In this document: in pieces, positions 29,269 through 38,117 of the stretch
Layout of the letters: the number at the start of each line of letters is the position of its first letter
How positions within the stretch are numbered: position 1 is the stretch's first letter
DNA from: Oscillospiraceae bacterium
GTDB lineage: Bacteria; Bacillota; Clostridia; Oscillospirales; CAG-272
Assembly: GCA_015065045.1 (NCBI GenBank)
Contig: SVRB01000001.1
Location: 1 to 57,871, forward strand
Reading direction: 5' to 3'
DNA: 57,871 nt
Notes under the pieces: model-generated
What the model saw: the letters and a program-made list of their open reading frames with translations, nothing else
What the model was told of the DNA's origin: nothing
Databases searched by the model: none
Position numbers and translations under genes: made by a program

Positions 29269-29901
29269 CTATCCGAGCGCACCTATAACATCTACAGCAT
29301 TCTTTCCGACGATAACGTCCGCTCGTTCTTTTATGTAAAGCAACCATTCCTTGCTCGAAAGTCTCTTTCCAAACTCGTTTGCAAGGTCGCTTTTGCTTAC
29401 GCTTTTCCTTTTTCTCCCCTGTTGGTTCTGCACTACTTCTTCCTGCAACAAAAGATAATATCTAACCGTTGCGCTATCGCTTTTGTCAGAATAAAACGAG
29501 CTCTCATTCCTATATCCGTTCCTTTTTAAAATACAGCACGCCGATATAGCATCGTCTATATTCTCAAAAGAATACAAGCAGTTCTCCCTCTTATTCCTTA
29601 CGTTCGGAGATTTATCCTTTGTTCTTTTGTCTATTTTACCGTCGTTTTCCTTCTCATCGCAGTTAAGAGTTACATACACCTCACATCCGCCGTTCTTCGA
29701 CGGATACACCTGTATAAAAATACGATCTGAGGTACTGTTAAATCCTGTCTTCTCCCTTGCCTCATCAAGAAGCTTTTCAAAGACACGTCTCGTTTCTTTC
29801 TTCTCGTAACTCAAATACTCGTTTGATATGGAATAATTCTCCATATCGTCTGCCGTAAGCATTATTTTCAGCTTTGACTCGCTAATCAAAATCAGCTCCA
29901 T
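29269..29901 (-). CDS. mecA: MecA-like adaptor protein
   Basis: The N-terminus MELILISESKLKIMLTADDMENY...RIFIQVYPSKNGGCEVYVT is MecA-like. The start is taken at the ATG at 29901; the track uses the GTG at 29913. Confidence 0.6.
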   Translation of the reverse strand: MELILISESKLKIMLTADDMENYSISNEYLSYEKKETRRVFEKLLDEAREKTGFNSTSDRIFIQVYPSKNGGCEVYVTLNCDEKENDGKIDKRTKDKSPNVRNKRENCLYSFENIDDAISACCILKRNGYRNESSFYSDKSDSATVRYYLLLQEEVVQNQQGRKRKSVSKSDLANEFGKRLSSKEWLLYIKERADVIVGKNAVDVIGALG

Positions 29902-30012
29902 CTTCCCACTCACCCTTTACAATATCTATACATCTATTATAGTTACTAACATTATAATCGATGAGTACAAAAAATGTAACTGCAAACTTTTTGGCAAATT
30001 CGGAAAATTACG

Positions 30013-30966
30013 TCAGAATTCGCCCTTTAATGAACGAGTAAACAACGCCTTCAATGCGGTATCGGGATCTGCTCCGTTATACAAAATATCATACACTGCA
30101 TTACATATCGGCAAATCAACGTTATACATATCCGCTAACTTTAGTATAGCCTTTACCGTATAATATCCCTCTGCCAAGCTGCCGTACTGTTCACCCTTAG
30201 CAAAAGTCTCTCCATACATTCTGTTATGGCTAAATTTTGAAAACAACGTCGCTTCATAATCTCCCAAATGGCAAAGACCGTAAGCTGACAATTCGTTTCC
30301 GCCGAGCGCTGTTATCAATCGAGCTACCTCTCTTGTTCCTCTTGACATAAGCGCGCCCTTAAGAGATGAAAGTCCCTTTCCGTCAAGCAATCCTGCCGCG
30401 ATACCTATTACGTTCTTTGCTGCAGCGCCGATTTCGTTTCCTATAAGATCCTTGCCGTAATAAAAACGAATAAGATCGCTTGAAAACTGAGATATAAGAT
30501 ATTCCTGATACTCGCTGTTGTCACTGTCTATAACCATACAGTTCGGAATTCCCTTTGTAAATTCCTCAACGTGTCCGGGGCCTATCCACACGGCAATCTT
30601 AGTCTCGGGAGTTGTCGCTTCTCTTACTACCTCGCTAAGTCTCATACCTGTAGATATTTCTATACCCTTCATACAAAGTATGTATTCCTTTTCTGAAGCA
30701 CCATACTGCTGGAGCTCCTGCATTAACCCTCTTACTGCCTGCGACGGAATCGAAATAACTATCGTCTTGTTTTTTACGGCAACATTTATATCATCTGTAA
30801 TATTCATTCTATCGCTAAACTGACAAACACCGTTTGTGCGTGTTTCCATTATGCCTCTGATCTGCTTAAGATCATTTCCGTAAAGCGTTACGTTATGGCC
30901 TATCTTATCAAGATACCACGCTATACATGAACCCCATCTGCCACAACCTATTACTGTTATATCCAT
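30013..30966 (-). CDS. gpsA: NAD(P)H-dependent glycerol-3-phosphate dehydrogenase
   Basis: The N-terminus MDITVIGCGRWGS forms a Rossmann fold, and GAAAKNVIGIAAG is present. The start at 30966 sits behind GGAGGAATATAT. The track's 26-aa extension looks spurious. Confidence 0.85.
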   Translation of the reverse strand: MDITVIGCGRWGSCIAWYLDKIGHNVTLYGNDLKQIRGIMETRTNGVCQFSDRMNITDDINVAVKNKTIVISIPSQAVRGLMQELQQYGASEKEYILCMKGIEISTGMRLSEVVREATTPETKIAVWIGPGHVEEFTKGIPNCMVIDSDNSEYQEYLISQFSSDLIRFYYGKDLIGNEIGAAAKNVIGIAAGLLDGKGLSSLKGALMSRGTREVARLITALGGNELSAYGLCHLGDYEATLFSKFSHNRMYGETFAKGEQYGSLAEGYYTVKAILKLADMYNVDLPICNAVYDILYNGADPDTALKALFTRSLKGEF

Positions 30967-31057
30967 ATATATTCCTCCATAAATCAGAGCGTTTTTTCTG
31001 TACTTTATAACCAACATTTTAGCACATTTCCACCTTAGTGTCAATACGTTCTGTGGG

Positions 31058-31086
31058 GAGAAAAAACAGTTTCATTTTGGTATAAT
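31058..31086 (+). promoter_or_regulatory. extended -10 promoter in front of terS
   Basis: TGgTATAAT lies at 31078-31086. The -35 is poor (GAGAAA). Confidence 0.4.
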
Positions 31087-31148
31087 ACACTCCGAGCAAT
31101 AACAGTTGTATATCCACTATTTCTATTACTTTTTTTAAAACGAGAGAG

Positions 31149-31625
31149 GTGATCAACATTATTTTAGACTACGAAAAAGCCGAGGATGAATACATCTCAT
31201 CCAATCTCTCCTACGCAGCCTTAGCAAGTAAATACAACATTCCCTTAAGATTACTTGCAAGGTACGCAAAAGACAATAACTGGGTTCAAAAAAGAAAGCA
31301 ATATAACACCTCGCCTGATATGCCCACGCTTGACGTTTCAAAATTAGCGCGCTCTTCAGACACCTTAGAGTCTATTATCGAAAACGCTTTCATATCCGTA
31401 TCAGAAGCATCCGCCGTAAACGGAGACGTTGATACAAAAACCCTTAAAGAGCTTACTTCCACACTCAAAGAAGCCATTAACATCAAACAAAACATCTTTC
31501 TCCTCCCAATTCTCACCGAACAAAAACAGCTTGAATACGAGCAAAGAAAAAATCCCGCCACTATTACATCAGAAAACGAGATTCGAGTCATACTTGAAAA
31601 CGATGCGGAGAAATACTGTATGTGA
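31149..31625 (+). CDS. terminase small subunit (HTH-type)
   Basis: ~158 aa lying directly upstream of terL, with an HTH-like segment LSYAALASKYNIPLRLLARYAKDNNWVQKR. The start is uncertain because there is no in-frame ATG; the GTG at 31149 sits inside the SD GAGGTGAT. Confidence 0.65.
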   Translation: MINIILDYEKAEDEYISSNLSYAALASKYNIPLRLLARYAKDNNWVQKRKQYNTSPDMPTLDVSKLARSSDTLESIIENAFISVSEASAVNGDVDTKTLKELTSTLKEAINIKQNIFLLPILTEQKQLEYEQRKNPATITSENEIRVILENDAEKYCM

Positions 31626-31634
31626 GGTGATATC

Positions 31635-33017
31635 TTGAAGCATATTTCTTTAGGTATTCCCAATCCTAAGCAAGCTGAGTTCCTTCTTGACAGGCATCGC
31701 TTTGTCGCATTCGGCGGAGCAAGAGGCGGCGGCAAATCCTGGGCTGTCAGAGTCAAAGCTGTTTTACTTGCGCTTAAATATTCGGGCATAAAACTACTTA
31801 TTATCAGAAAAACGATCCCCGAGCTTCGCAACAACCACATTACTCCTCTCATAGAGACTACAAAAGGACTTGCCTCATACAATGATTCAAAAAAAGAGCT
31901 TATATTCAAAAACAATTCTCTTATTCGCTTCGGCTACTGCGCCTGCCAAGCTGATCTCACTCAATACCAAGGGTCTGAGTGGGACGTTATTTTTATTGAT
32001 GAGGCTACTCAGCTTAAGGAAGAATGGTTTGATGAGTTAAAAGTTACCGTCAGAGGTGTAAACAGCTTTCCAAAAAGAGTATACCTCACCTGTAACCCCG
32101 GCGGTGTCGGTCATTCGTGGGTAAAACGATTATTTATCGATCGAGTATACAAAGACGGCGAAGACCCGAACGATTATAGCTTTATACGCTCTCTTGTCAG
32201 CGACAACAAAGCTCTTATGGATTCAAATCCCGACTACGCAAAACAGCTTTCCTCACTGCCTCCAAAGCTTAGAAAAGCCTGGCTTGACGGTGACTGGAAT
32301 ATATTTGAGGGACAATTCTTTGAAGATTTTATCGATGCTCCCGAGCATTACGATGATCGACGTTTCACCAACGTTATAGAACCCTTCGAAGTTCCGCCCG
32401 AATGGAATATCGTTCGAAGCTTTGACTGGGGATTCGCAAAACCTTTTGACTGCTCGTGGTGGGCTATTGACTATGAAGGGCGGGCATATCTTATTTTGCA
32501 TTTTTACGGAAGCAACGGGGTGCCTAACGAGGGATTAAAATGGCATGCCGAAAAGGTATTTGCAGAAATTCACAGAATCGAATCAGAACACAGATGGCTT
32601 AAAGGCAAATCAATTACCGGTGTAGCTGATCCGTCTATATGGAGTGAAGACGGCGGTGAACCTATTATTGCCGCAGCGGACAGGCATCAAGTCTTTTTTC
32701 AAAAAGCTGACAACAGTAGAATTCCAGGTTGGATGCAAGTCCATTACAGGCTCGCCTTTGATAACGATGGGAAGCCTATGGTCTACTTTTTCAACACCTG
32801 CAAGCACGCCATCAGAACGCTCCCTCTTTTACAGTTCAGCAAAACCCACCCTGAAGATCTTGATACCTCTCAAGAAGATCACTTTGCCGATTCGTTCCGT
32901 TATTTCTGTATGTCAAAACCTATAAAACCACAAAAGCATATCATTACCCAATACGCTGCTGCCGACCCGCTAAACCTGCTAAACACTCAAAATTACAGAA
33001 AATACAGCTATGTATAA
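31635..33017 (+). CDS. terminase large subunit
   Basis: 460 aa with Walker A FGGARGGGKSW, Walker B VIFIDEATQL and the C-terminal nuclease motif EDHFADSFRYF. It uses a TTG start 3 nt after GAGGTGAT. Confidence 0.9.
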   Translation: MKHISLGIPNPKQAEFLLDRHRFVAFGGARGGGKSWAVRVKAVLLALKYSGIKLLIIRKTIPELRNNHITPLIETTKGLASYNDSKKELIFKNNSLIRFGYCACQADLTQYQGSEWDVIFIDEATQLKEEWFDELKVTVRGVNSFPKRVYLTCNPGGVGHSWVKRLFIDRVYKDGEDPNDYSFIRSLVSDNKALMDSNPDYAKQLSSLPPKLRKAWLDGDWNIFEGQFFEDFIDAPEHYDDRRFTNVIEPFEVPPEWNIVRSFDWGFAKPFDCSWWAIDYEGRAYLILHFYGSNGVPNEGLKWHAEKVFAEIHRIESEHRWLKGKSITGVADPSIWSEDGGEPIIAAADRHQVFFQKADNSRIPGWMQVHYRLAFDNDGKPMVYFFNTCKHAIRTLPLLQFSKTHPEDLDTSQEDHFADSFRYFCMSKPIKPQKHIITQYAAADPLNLLNTQNYRKYSYV

Positions 33018-33046
33018 GCTTTATTATTCAGAAATGGAGAAAGTCT

Positions 33047-34966
33047 ATGAAGAAAAAACACAACAAAAAAATTCCGGACAAAAAACTTGTTTCATCAATC
33101 TATCTTGAAAAAAATTCGAACGGGCTTTTCGATCCCGATTATTCTCCCGATAAAATCAACAAAAGCTCTATTGATAAAGCATACTCGCTTTTAAAAAATT
33201 ATAAAGCGGGAAAAACCAATCTTGAAAGAAGGGTTACAGAAAACGAGCTCTGGTGGAAAATGCGCCATTGGGAACAGATACGCGATAGAAACCGTAAATA
33301 CAATCCTGCTTCCGCGTGGCTTTTTAACGCTATTGCAAACAAGCACGCTGACGTTATGGATAACTGTCCTGAAAGCATTGTTCTCCCCAGAGAAAAAAGC
33401 GACTCCGATGCCGCAAAACAGCTCACCGAAATCCTTCCCGTTATACTTGAGCAAAACTCCTTCGAGGAAATCTATTCTGATGTTTGGTATGACAAGTTAA
33501 AAGGCGGAACAGGTGTATACGGCATATTCTGGGATCCCTCTCTTAACAACGGCACCGGAGATATTGCAATCAAAAGATGTGATATTTTAAATCTTTTTTG
33601 GGAACCCGGAGTATCTGATATTCAAAAATCTCCCAATCTCTTTCACGTTGAACTTTTCAACAACGACGAGCTTGAAGCGAAATATCCTTCCCTTCACGGC
33701 AAGCTTGGAACCAACGGCTTCAACGTTACCAAATACCACTACGATGATGCTGTTGACACAAGCAATAAAACTCCCGTTATCGACTGGTACTACAAAGTCA
33801 ACAACAACGGAAAAACAGTTCTTCATCTTTGCAAGTTCTGTGCTGACGAGATCCTCTATTCCTCGGAAAACGACATCGATCTTTACAACAAAGGCTACTA
33901 TGATCACGGGCTTTATCCCTTTGTCTTTGATAAGCTCTTTAACGAACAAGGTACGCCTTGCGGATTCGGATTTATTGACATAATGAAAGATACTCAAACG
34001 CAGATCGATCTTATGAGCGCTTCAGTTTGCGAAAACATAAGAATGTCTTCAACTGTTCGTTATTTTGCTAGAGGCGATGGTTCTATAAACGAAAAAGAAT
34101 TTGCCGACTGGAGCAATCCTATAGTGCATTATACAGGTTCCGGTAACCCTAATGACAGCATGACTCCTATCAAAGTTTCCGGTATATCTCCTCTTTACGT
34201 ATCCTTTATTGATAATAAAATAAACGAGCTTAAAGAAACCACGGGAAACTCCGATTTTACACGCGGTAATACTGCATCAGGCGTTACAGCCGCATCGGCA
34301 ATCGCCGCACTTCAGGAAGCAGGAAGCAAATTATCAAGAGATATGATAAAAGGCTCATACAGGATATTTGTTAAAATCAATAATCTCTTAATTGAGCTTA
34401 TCAGACAATTCTACGATTTGCCGAGATGCTTCAGAATCACAGGAGATAACGGTGAATATGAATTTGTTTCATACAGTAATGAAACTCTTTTGCCTCGTTC
34501 TATGGGCTCTTCATTCGGGGTTGATTTAGGAAATCGTTTGCCCATCTTCGATATCAAGGTTAAAGCTCAAAAACAATCTGCGTTTACTAAGCTTTCGCAA
34601 AACGAATTGGCTAAAGAATTTTACAGACTTGGATTCTTCAATCCTGCGCAAGCTGATCAGGCGTTGGCTTGTCTTGATATGATGGAGTTTGACGGCAAAA
34701 ATATTATTGCAGAAAAAATAAACGAAAAAAGCACTATCTATTCCAATTATTCGGAAATATATTCAAAGCTTCTTGAGCTTGCCTCTATAGTTGAAAAAGA
34801 CCATCCCGAGTTAAACGGTTTGTACGATGGGTTTGCTAAAAAATACACCCACTCTTCGTTCTCTCAGTCTAATTCATCTGCAAAAAAATACGCTAACACT
34901 AAAAAAAGTCTGTCAAGAATAGAAAAATCAAGACAGAGAGCGGCTAATTTGAGTACGCCGAGATAG
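33047..34966 (+). CDS. portal protein
   Basis: 639 aa lying immediately after terL. The call is by position and size; I did not recognise a family motif with certainty. Confidence 0.6.
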   Translation: MKKKHNKKIPDKKLVSSIYLEKNSNGLFDPDYSPDKINKSSIDKAYSLLKNYKAGKTNLERRVTENELWWKMRHWEQIRDRNRKYNPASAWLFNAIANKHADVMDNCPESIVLPREKSDSDAAKQLTEILPVILEQNSFEEIYSDVWYDKLKGGTGVYGIFWDPSLNNGTGDIAIKRCDILNLFWEPGVSDIQKSPNLFHVELFNNDELEAKYPSLHGKLGTNGFNVTKYHYDDAVDTSNKTPVIDWYYKVNNNGKTVLHLCKFCADEILYSSENDIDLYNKGYYDHGLYPFVFDKLFNEQGTPCGFGFIDIMKDTQTQIDLMSASVCENIRMSSTVRYFARGDGSINEKEFADWSNPIVHYTGSGNPNDSMTPIKVSGISPLYVSFIDNKINELKETTGNSDFTRGNTASGVTAASAIAALQEAGSKLSRDMIKGSYRIFVKINNLLIELIRQFYDLPRCFRITGDNGEYEFVSYSNETLLPRSMGSSFGVDLGNRLPIFDIKVKAQKQSAFTKLSQNELAKEFYRLGFFNPAQADQALACLDMMEFDGKNIIAEKINEKSTIYSNYSEIYSKLLELASIVEKDHPELNGLYDGFAKKYTHSSFSQSNSSAKKYANTKKSLSRIEKSRQRAANLSTPR

Positions 34967-34972
34967 TACAAC

Positions 34973-35010
34973 AAAAAATGGATACTTATTTCTATAAGCA
35001 TCCATTTTTA
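34973..35010 (+). terminator. intrinsic terminator-like hairpin after portal
   Basis: The hairpin is ATGGATACTTAT-ttct-ATAAGCATCCAT (one mismatch) followed by TTTTTAT. Confidence 0.55.
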
Positions 35011-35144
35011 TTCGCCGATTTTATCTTCTCTCCCCACTCAACTTGTCATCTAACTGACCTTACGGGGAGAGATAAAACAGATTTTATAGTATAATATCAC
35101 ACGAGTTAAAACAACACTCTGACACTTCGGAAAGGAACGATGTT

Positions 35145-35966
35145 ATGAAAAAAACACTTTTACCCATTAAAATTTCTCTTCAGTTTTTTGCATCAGAGGA
35201 ACTCTCTGTCGAGGATCCTTCTAATTCAAATGGTGCCGCATCACCGCAAACACAAGAAATATCTAACTCAGCTTCTGTCGACAACAACTTGGACGACAAT
35301 CAGCTTGAAGAAGAGTTCGAAAAGCTTATTAAGGGCGGAAAGTATGAAAACGCTTTCAAAAAAAGAACACAGGGCATTATTGACAAGCGTTTTAAAAACT
35401 TGAAATCCCTTGAAGAAGCACAGGCAAAACAGCAGCCTGTACTCGATTTTCTCTCCAAAAAATATGGAATTGACTCTTCTGATACGGATACTCTTCTCAA
35501 AAAAATGCAGAACGATGCTCTTGCTGACAAGCCTAATGAAATGGGTAATGCTGAAAAAAACGAACTACACATGAGAAACCGCTATATTGCAAACAAAGCA
35601 AAAATGCTTCACGACAAATGGACTGCCGAGGGAGATAGCTTAAAAAGCATTTTCCCTGATTTCGATTTCAAAACCGAACTTAAAAATCCTGTTTTTTCCT
35701 CGCTTTTAAAAAACGGTATGTCTGTAAGAAAAGCATATACAGCGGCTCACTCGGATGAGATCATTAAAAATGCAGTATCCGGAACTGCAAAAAGGGTCGC
35801 CGAGCAAACTCTCAAAAGTATTCGTGCTCAGGGCAGTCGCGTTGCCGAAAACGGACTCCATAACGGCGCGGGAATAGTCCGTAAAACTGACGTATCTACT
35901 CTTACCGGAGACGAGATACGCTCCATTCTTAAGCAGGTCGAAAACGGTTCTAAAATAAAATTTTAA
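35145..35966 (+). CDS. head scaffolding protein
   Basis: 273 aa. The N-terminal LQFFASEE motif is common in Firmicute phage scaffold proteins. The protein is helical and charged and lies directly upstream of the MCP. Confidence 0.65.
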   Translation: MKKTLLPIKISLQFFASEELSVEDPSNSNGAASPQTQEISNSASVDNNLDDNQLEEEFEKLIKGGKYENAFKKRTQGIIDKRFKNLKSLEEAQAKQQPVLDFLSKKYGIDSSDTDTLLKKMQNDALADKPNEMGNAEKNELHMRNRYIANKAKMLHDKWTAEGDSLKSIFPDFDFKTELKNPVFSSLLKNGMSVRKAYTAAHSDEIIKNAVSGTAKRVAEQTLKSIRAQGSRVAENGLHNGAGIVRKTDVSTLTGDEIRSILKQVENGSKIKF

Positions 35967-36033
35967 TTTGACCTGCTAACTAAAAAATTCCTGCCTATTA
36001 AACTTTATTTTTTAGAAAAGGAGATCATTATCT

Positions 36034-37368
36034 ATGGGAAACACAACCTCTTACGGAGCAAACAGTATAGTTCACGGCACAGAAGGTTTTATTAACGCCA
36101 ACTCCGGTACTACCGAAAATTATAACGGTGGCGGCCTTTCTGCCGAAATGAAAACATTCTACGATAAAACACTTTTGGAACTCGCTTCCCCCAACCTCGT
36201 TCATATGCAGTTTGGTCAGAAGCGTTCAATCCCCCCTCACGGCGGCAGAACGATCGAATTCCGCAAAATGAAGCCCTTGGCTAAGAACGCAAACACAATA
36301 ACAGAAGGTATTACTCCTGCAGGCTCAAAGATGACTGTTGTTCCGCTCACTGCCACACTCAATCAGTACGGCGATTATATTGAACAGACAGACCTTATTG
36401 AAACAACTTCAATCGACAACACTGTTATTGAAGCTACAAAGCTTCTTGCCGATCAGGCAGGCAGAACTCTCGATACTGTTGTTCGTGACGTTCTTCAGAC
36501 AGGCACTAACGTATACTACTGTCCCAATAATATGGGAGAATACATGGAAGAAGTTTATTCTCGATCATATCTCGACTACGGTTCAAGACTCCGCGTCGTA
36601 GACGTATTCAAAGCAGCTGCTCAGTTAAAAGCACTCAACGTTCCTACTATTGACGGTAAGTATGTAGCTATTATACATCCTCACGTAGCATTCGACCTCA
36701 TGCAGCAGTCAGGCGACGCGTGGATCGACATTAAGAAATATGCTGACCCCGAAAACATTCTCAACGGTGAAGTTGGTACATTGGGCGGCGTAAGATTTGT
36801 CGAATCTTCCGAGGCTAAGATCAATTATGGTAAGCTTCTTGATGAAAACGTTGGACATCTTAAAATCAAATCGTACACGAACAACGGTACAAATTCAGTT
36901 TCTGACGGTTGCGGAATTACTACACCATATCAGATTACTGTCGAAGGAAAGTTCGACTCTGACATTGTAGGCAGATTGATTCAGTTGAATAATCCTGCTT
37001 ATGAAAGCTTTACAGCATACAAGGTAGTCGGAGCTAATATTTCAAGCAACATCTTGTTTATAGAAAACAAGCTCGGTGATGAGGATTATACAAATTTATA
37101 TCTTTATGCAGGCGAAGGCGGTAGATTCGGAATTGCAACCTACTCCACATTGTTCCTCGGCCGTGACGCTTACGGCATTATCGATATAAATGGTTCCGGC
37201 ACTATCGAACATATCGTTAAGCAGAGAGGCTACGGAAATGACCCTCTTAACCAGAGAAGCTCTATCGGTTGGAAGGCATTTATGGCAGCTGCAATCCTTG
37301 CTGACGAATACATTCTTCGTGTTGAATCTTGCTCTTCATTCTCTTATGACATCAAAGAAGCTAACTAA
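36034..37368 (+). CDS. major capsid protein (HK97-fold, N4-gp56-like family)
   Basis: 444 aa with motifs QFGQKRSIPPHGGRTIEFRK, TEGITPAGSK and ATLNQYGDYI, in the position after the scaffold gene, followed by its own terminator. Confidence 0.75.
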   Translation: MGNTTSYGANSIVHGTEGFINANSGTTENYNGGGLSAEMKTFYDKTLLELASPNLVHMQFGQKRSIPPHGGRTIEFRKMKPLAKNANTITEGITPAGSKMTVVPLTATLNQYGDYIEQTDLIETTSIDNTVIEATKLLADQAGRTLDTVVRDVLQTGTNVYYCPNNMGEYMEEVYSRSYLDYGSRLRVVDVFKAAAQLKALNVPTIDGKYVAIIHPHVAFDLMQQSGDAWIDIKKYADPENILNGEVGTLGGVRFVESSEAKINYGKLLDENVGHLKIKSYTNNGTNSVSDGCGITTPYQITVEGKFDSDIVGRLIQLNNPAYESFTAYKVVGANISSNILFIENKLGDEDYTNLYLYAGEGGRFGIATYSTLFLGRDAYGIIDINGSGTIEHIVKQRGYGNDPLNQRSSIGWKAFMAAAILADEYILRVESCSSFSYDIKEAN

Positions 37369-37382
37369 TAACTAACAAAATC

Positions 37383-37419
37383 GGGGGCTTCTTCTAACCA
37401 AGAAGTCCCCCTTATATAT
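37383..37419 (+). terminator. terminator-like hairpin after MCP
   Basis: The hairpin is GGGGGCTTCTT-ctaacc-AAGAAGtCCCCC. The following tract is T/A-rich rather than a clean T-run. Confidence 0.45.
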
Positions 37420-37476
37420 TATAAAATACAACTGTTTTTTGCTTAATATTTAATATTTATATAAAGGAGTTTTTTT

Positions 37477-37707
37477 ATGAAAAACACAATAAAAGATAAA
37501 CAGAATGTTCTCAACGAATTGGTTCCGATCTTTATTCCCAAAAGATATAAAGAAGATGATGTACGTACCGTTTCTGTAAACGGAAAATACAAAACTATTC
37601 CTACAGGCAAACAGTTTTTTGTCGAAAGATACTTTGCTGAAGCAATTCAAAACTCTATGATAGCTGATGAAATGGCAGAAAAATATAAAAGAACTGTATG
37701 TAAATGA
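37477..37707 (+). CDS. hypothetical small phage protein
   Basis: 76 aa behind AAAGGAG. It overlaps the next ORF as ATGA. Confidence 0.5.
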   Translation: MKNTIKDKQNVLNELVPIFIPKRYKEDDVRTVSVNGKYKTIPTGKQFFVERYFAEAIQNSMIADEMAEKYKRTVCK

Positions 37708-38090
37708 GGTGCCTTATGACATTAAGAGAGGCTATTTCAAAGTTTGACAGAGAATCAAAAAATAATATTCCTGACGATATTAAAATCGAGTGGGTATCAT
37801 TACTTGACTCTGCAATCTATAACGACATAATTCTTACTCACGAAACAAAAACACCCCTTTCATTTAGCGGTTACACAACGCAAACCGACGACAATACAGT
37901 TCTGCTTGTCCCCGAACCGTTTTCTGATATATACTTGCGTTTTCTTACCATTAAAAAAGACCTTTATCTCTCCGATATCTCAAGATACAACAATGACGTT
38001 GTACTTTATTCAACAGCATATCGCGATTTTGAAAACTATTACAACAGAAATAACATGCCTATTAAAAAAACATATTATTTCAATGCTTAA
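37704..38090 (+). CDS. hypothetical phage structural protein (possible head-tail adaptor by position)
   Basis: 128 aa. An alternative start exists at 37716 (MTLREA). No motif was recognised. Confidence 0.5.
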   Translation: MRCLMTLREAISKFDRESKNNIPDDIKIEWVSLLDSAIYNDIILTHETKTPLSFSGYTTQTDDNTVLLVPEPFSDIYLRFLTIKKDLYLSDISRYNNDVVLYSTAYRDFENYYNRNNMPIKKTYYFNA

Positions 38091-38117
38091 TCCATCTAAT
38101 TTAATAGGGGGTGTAAA

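Noticed and set aside
2460-31044. N-terminal extensions in the ORF track for rluA-like (2460), potA (9329), paralogs A and B (25131, 28514), UDG (29282), mecA (29913), gpsA (31044), tsaB (53676) and others.
   Set aside because: Internal ATG codons with proper SD spacing and conserved family N-termini, or signal peptides, fit better. The extensions overlap promoters, leaders or neighbouring genes.
31286-31915. A 209-aa minus-strand ORF across terS/terL, together with similar antisense ORFs listed in the track inside spoIVA, potA, ispH, portal and other genes.
   Set aside because: They are antisense to genes with strong motif support. They lack SD sequences and have odd composition.
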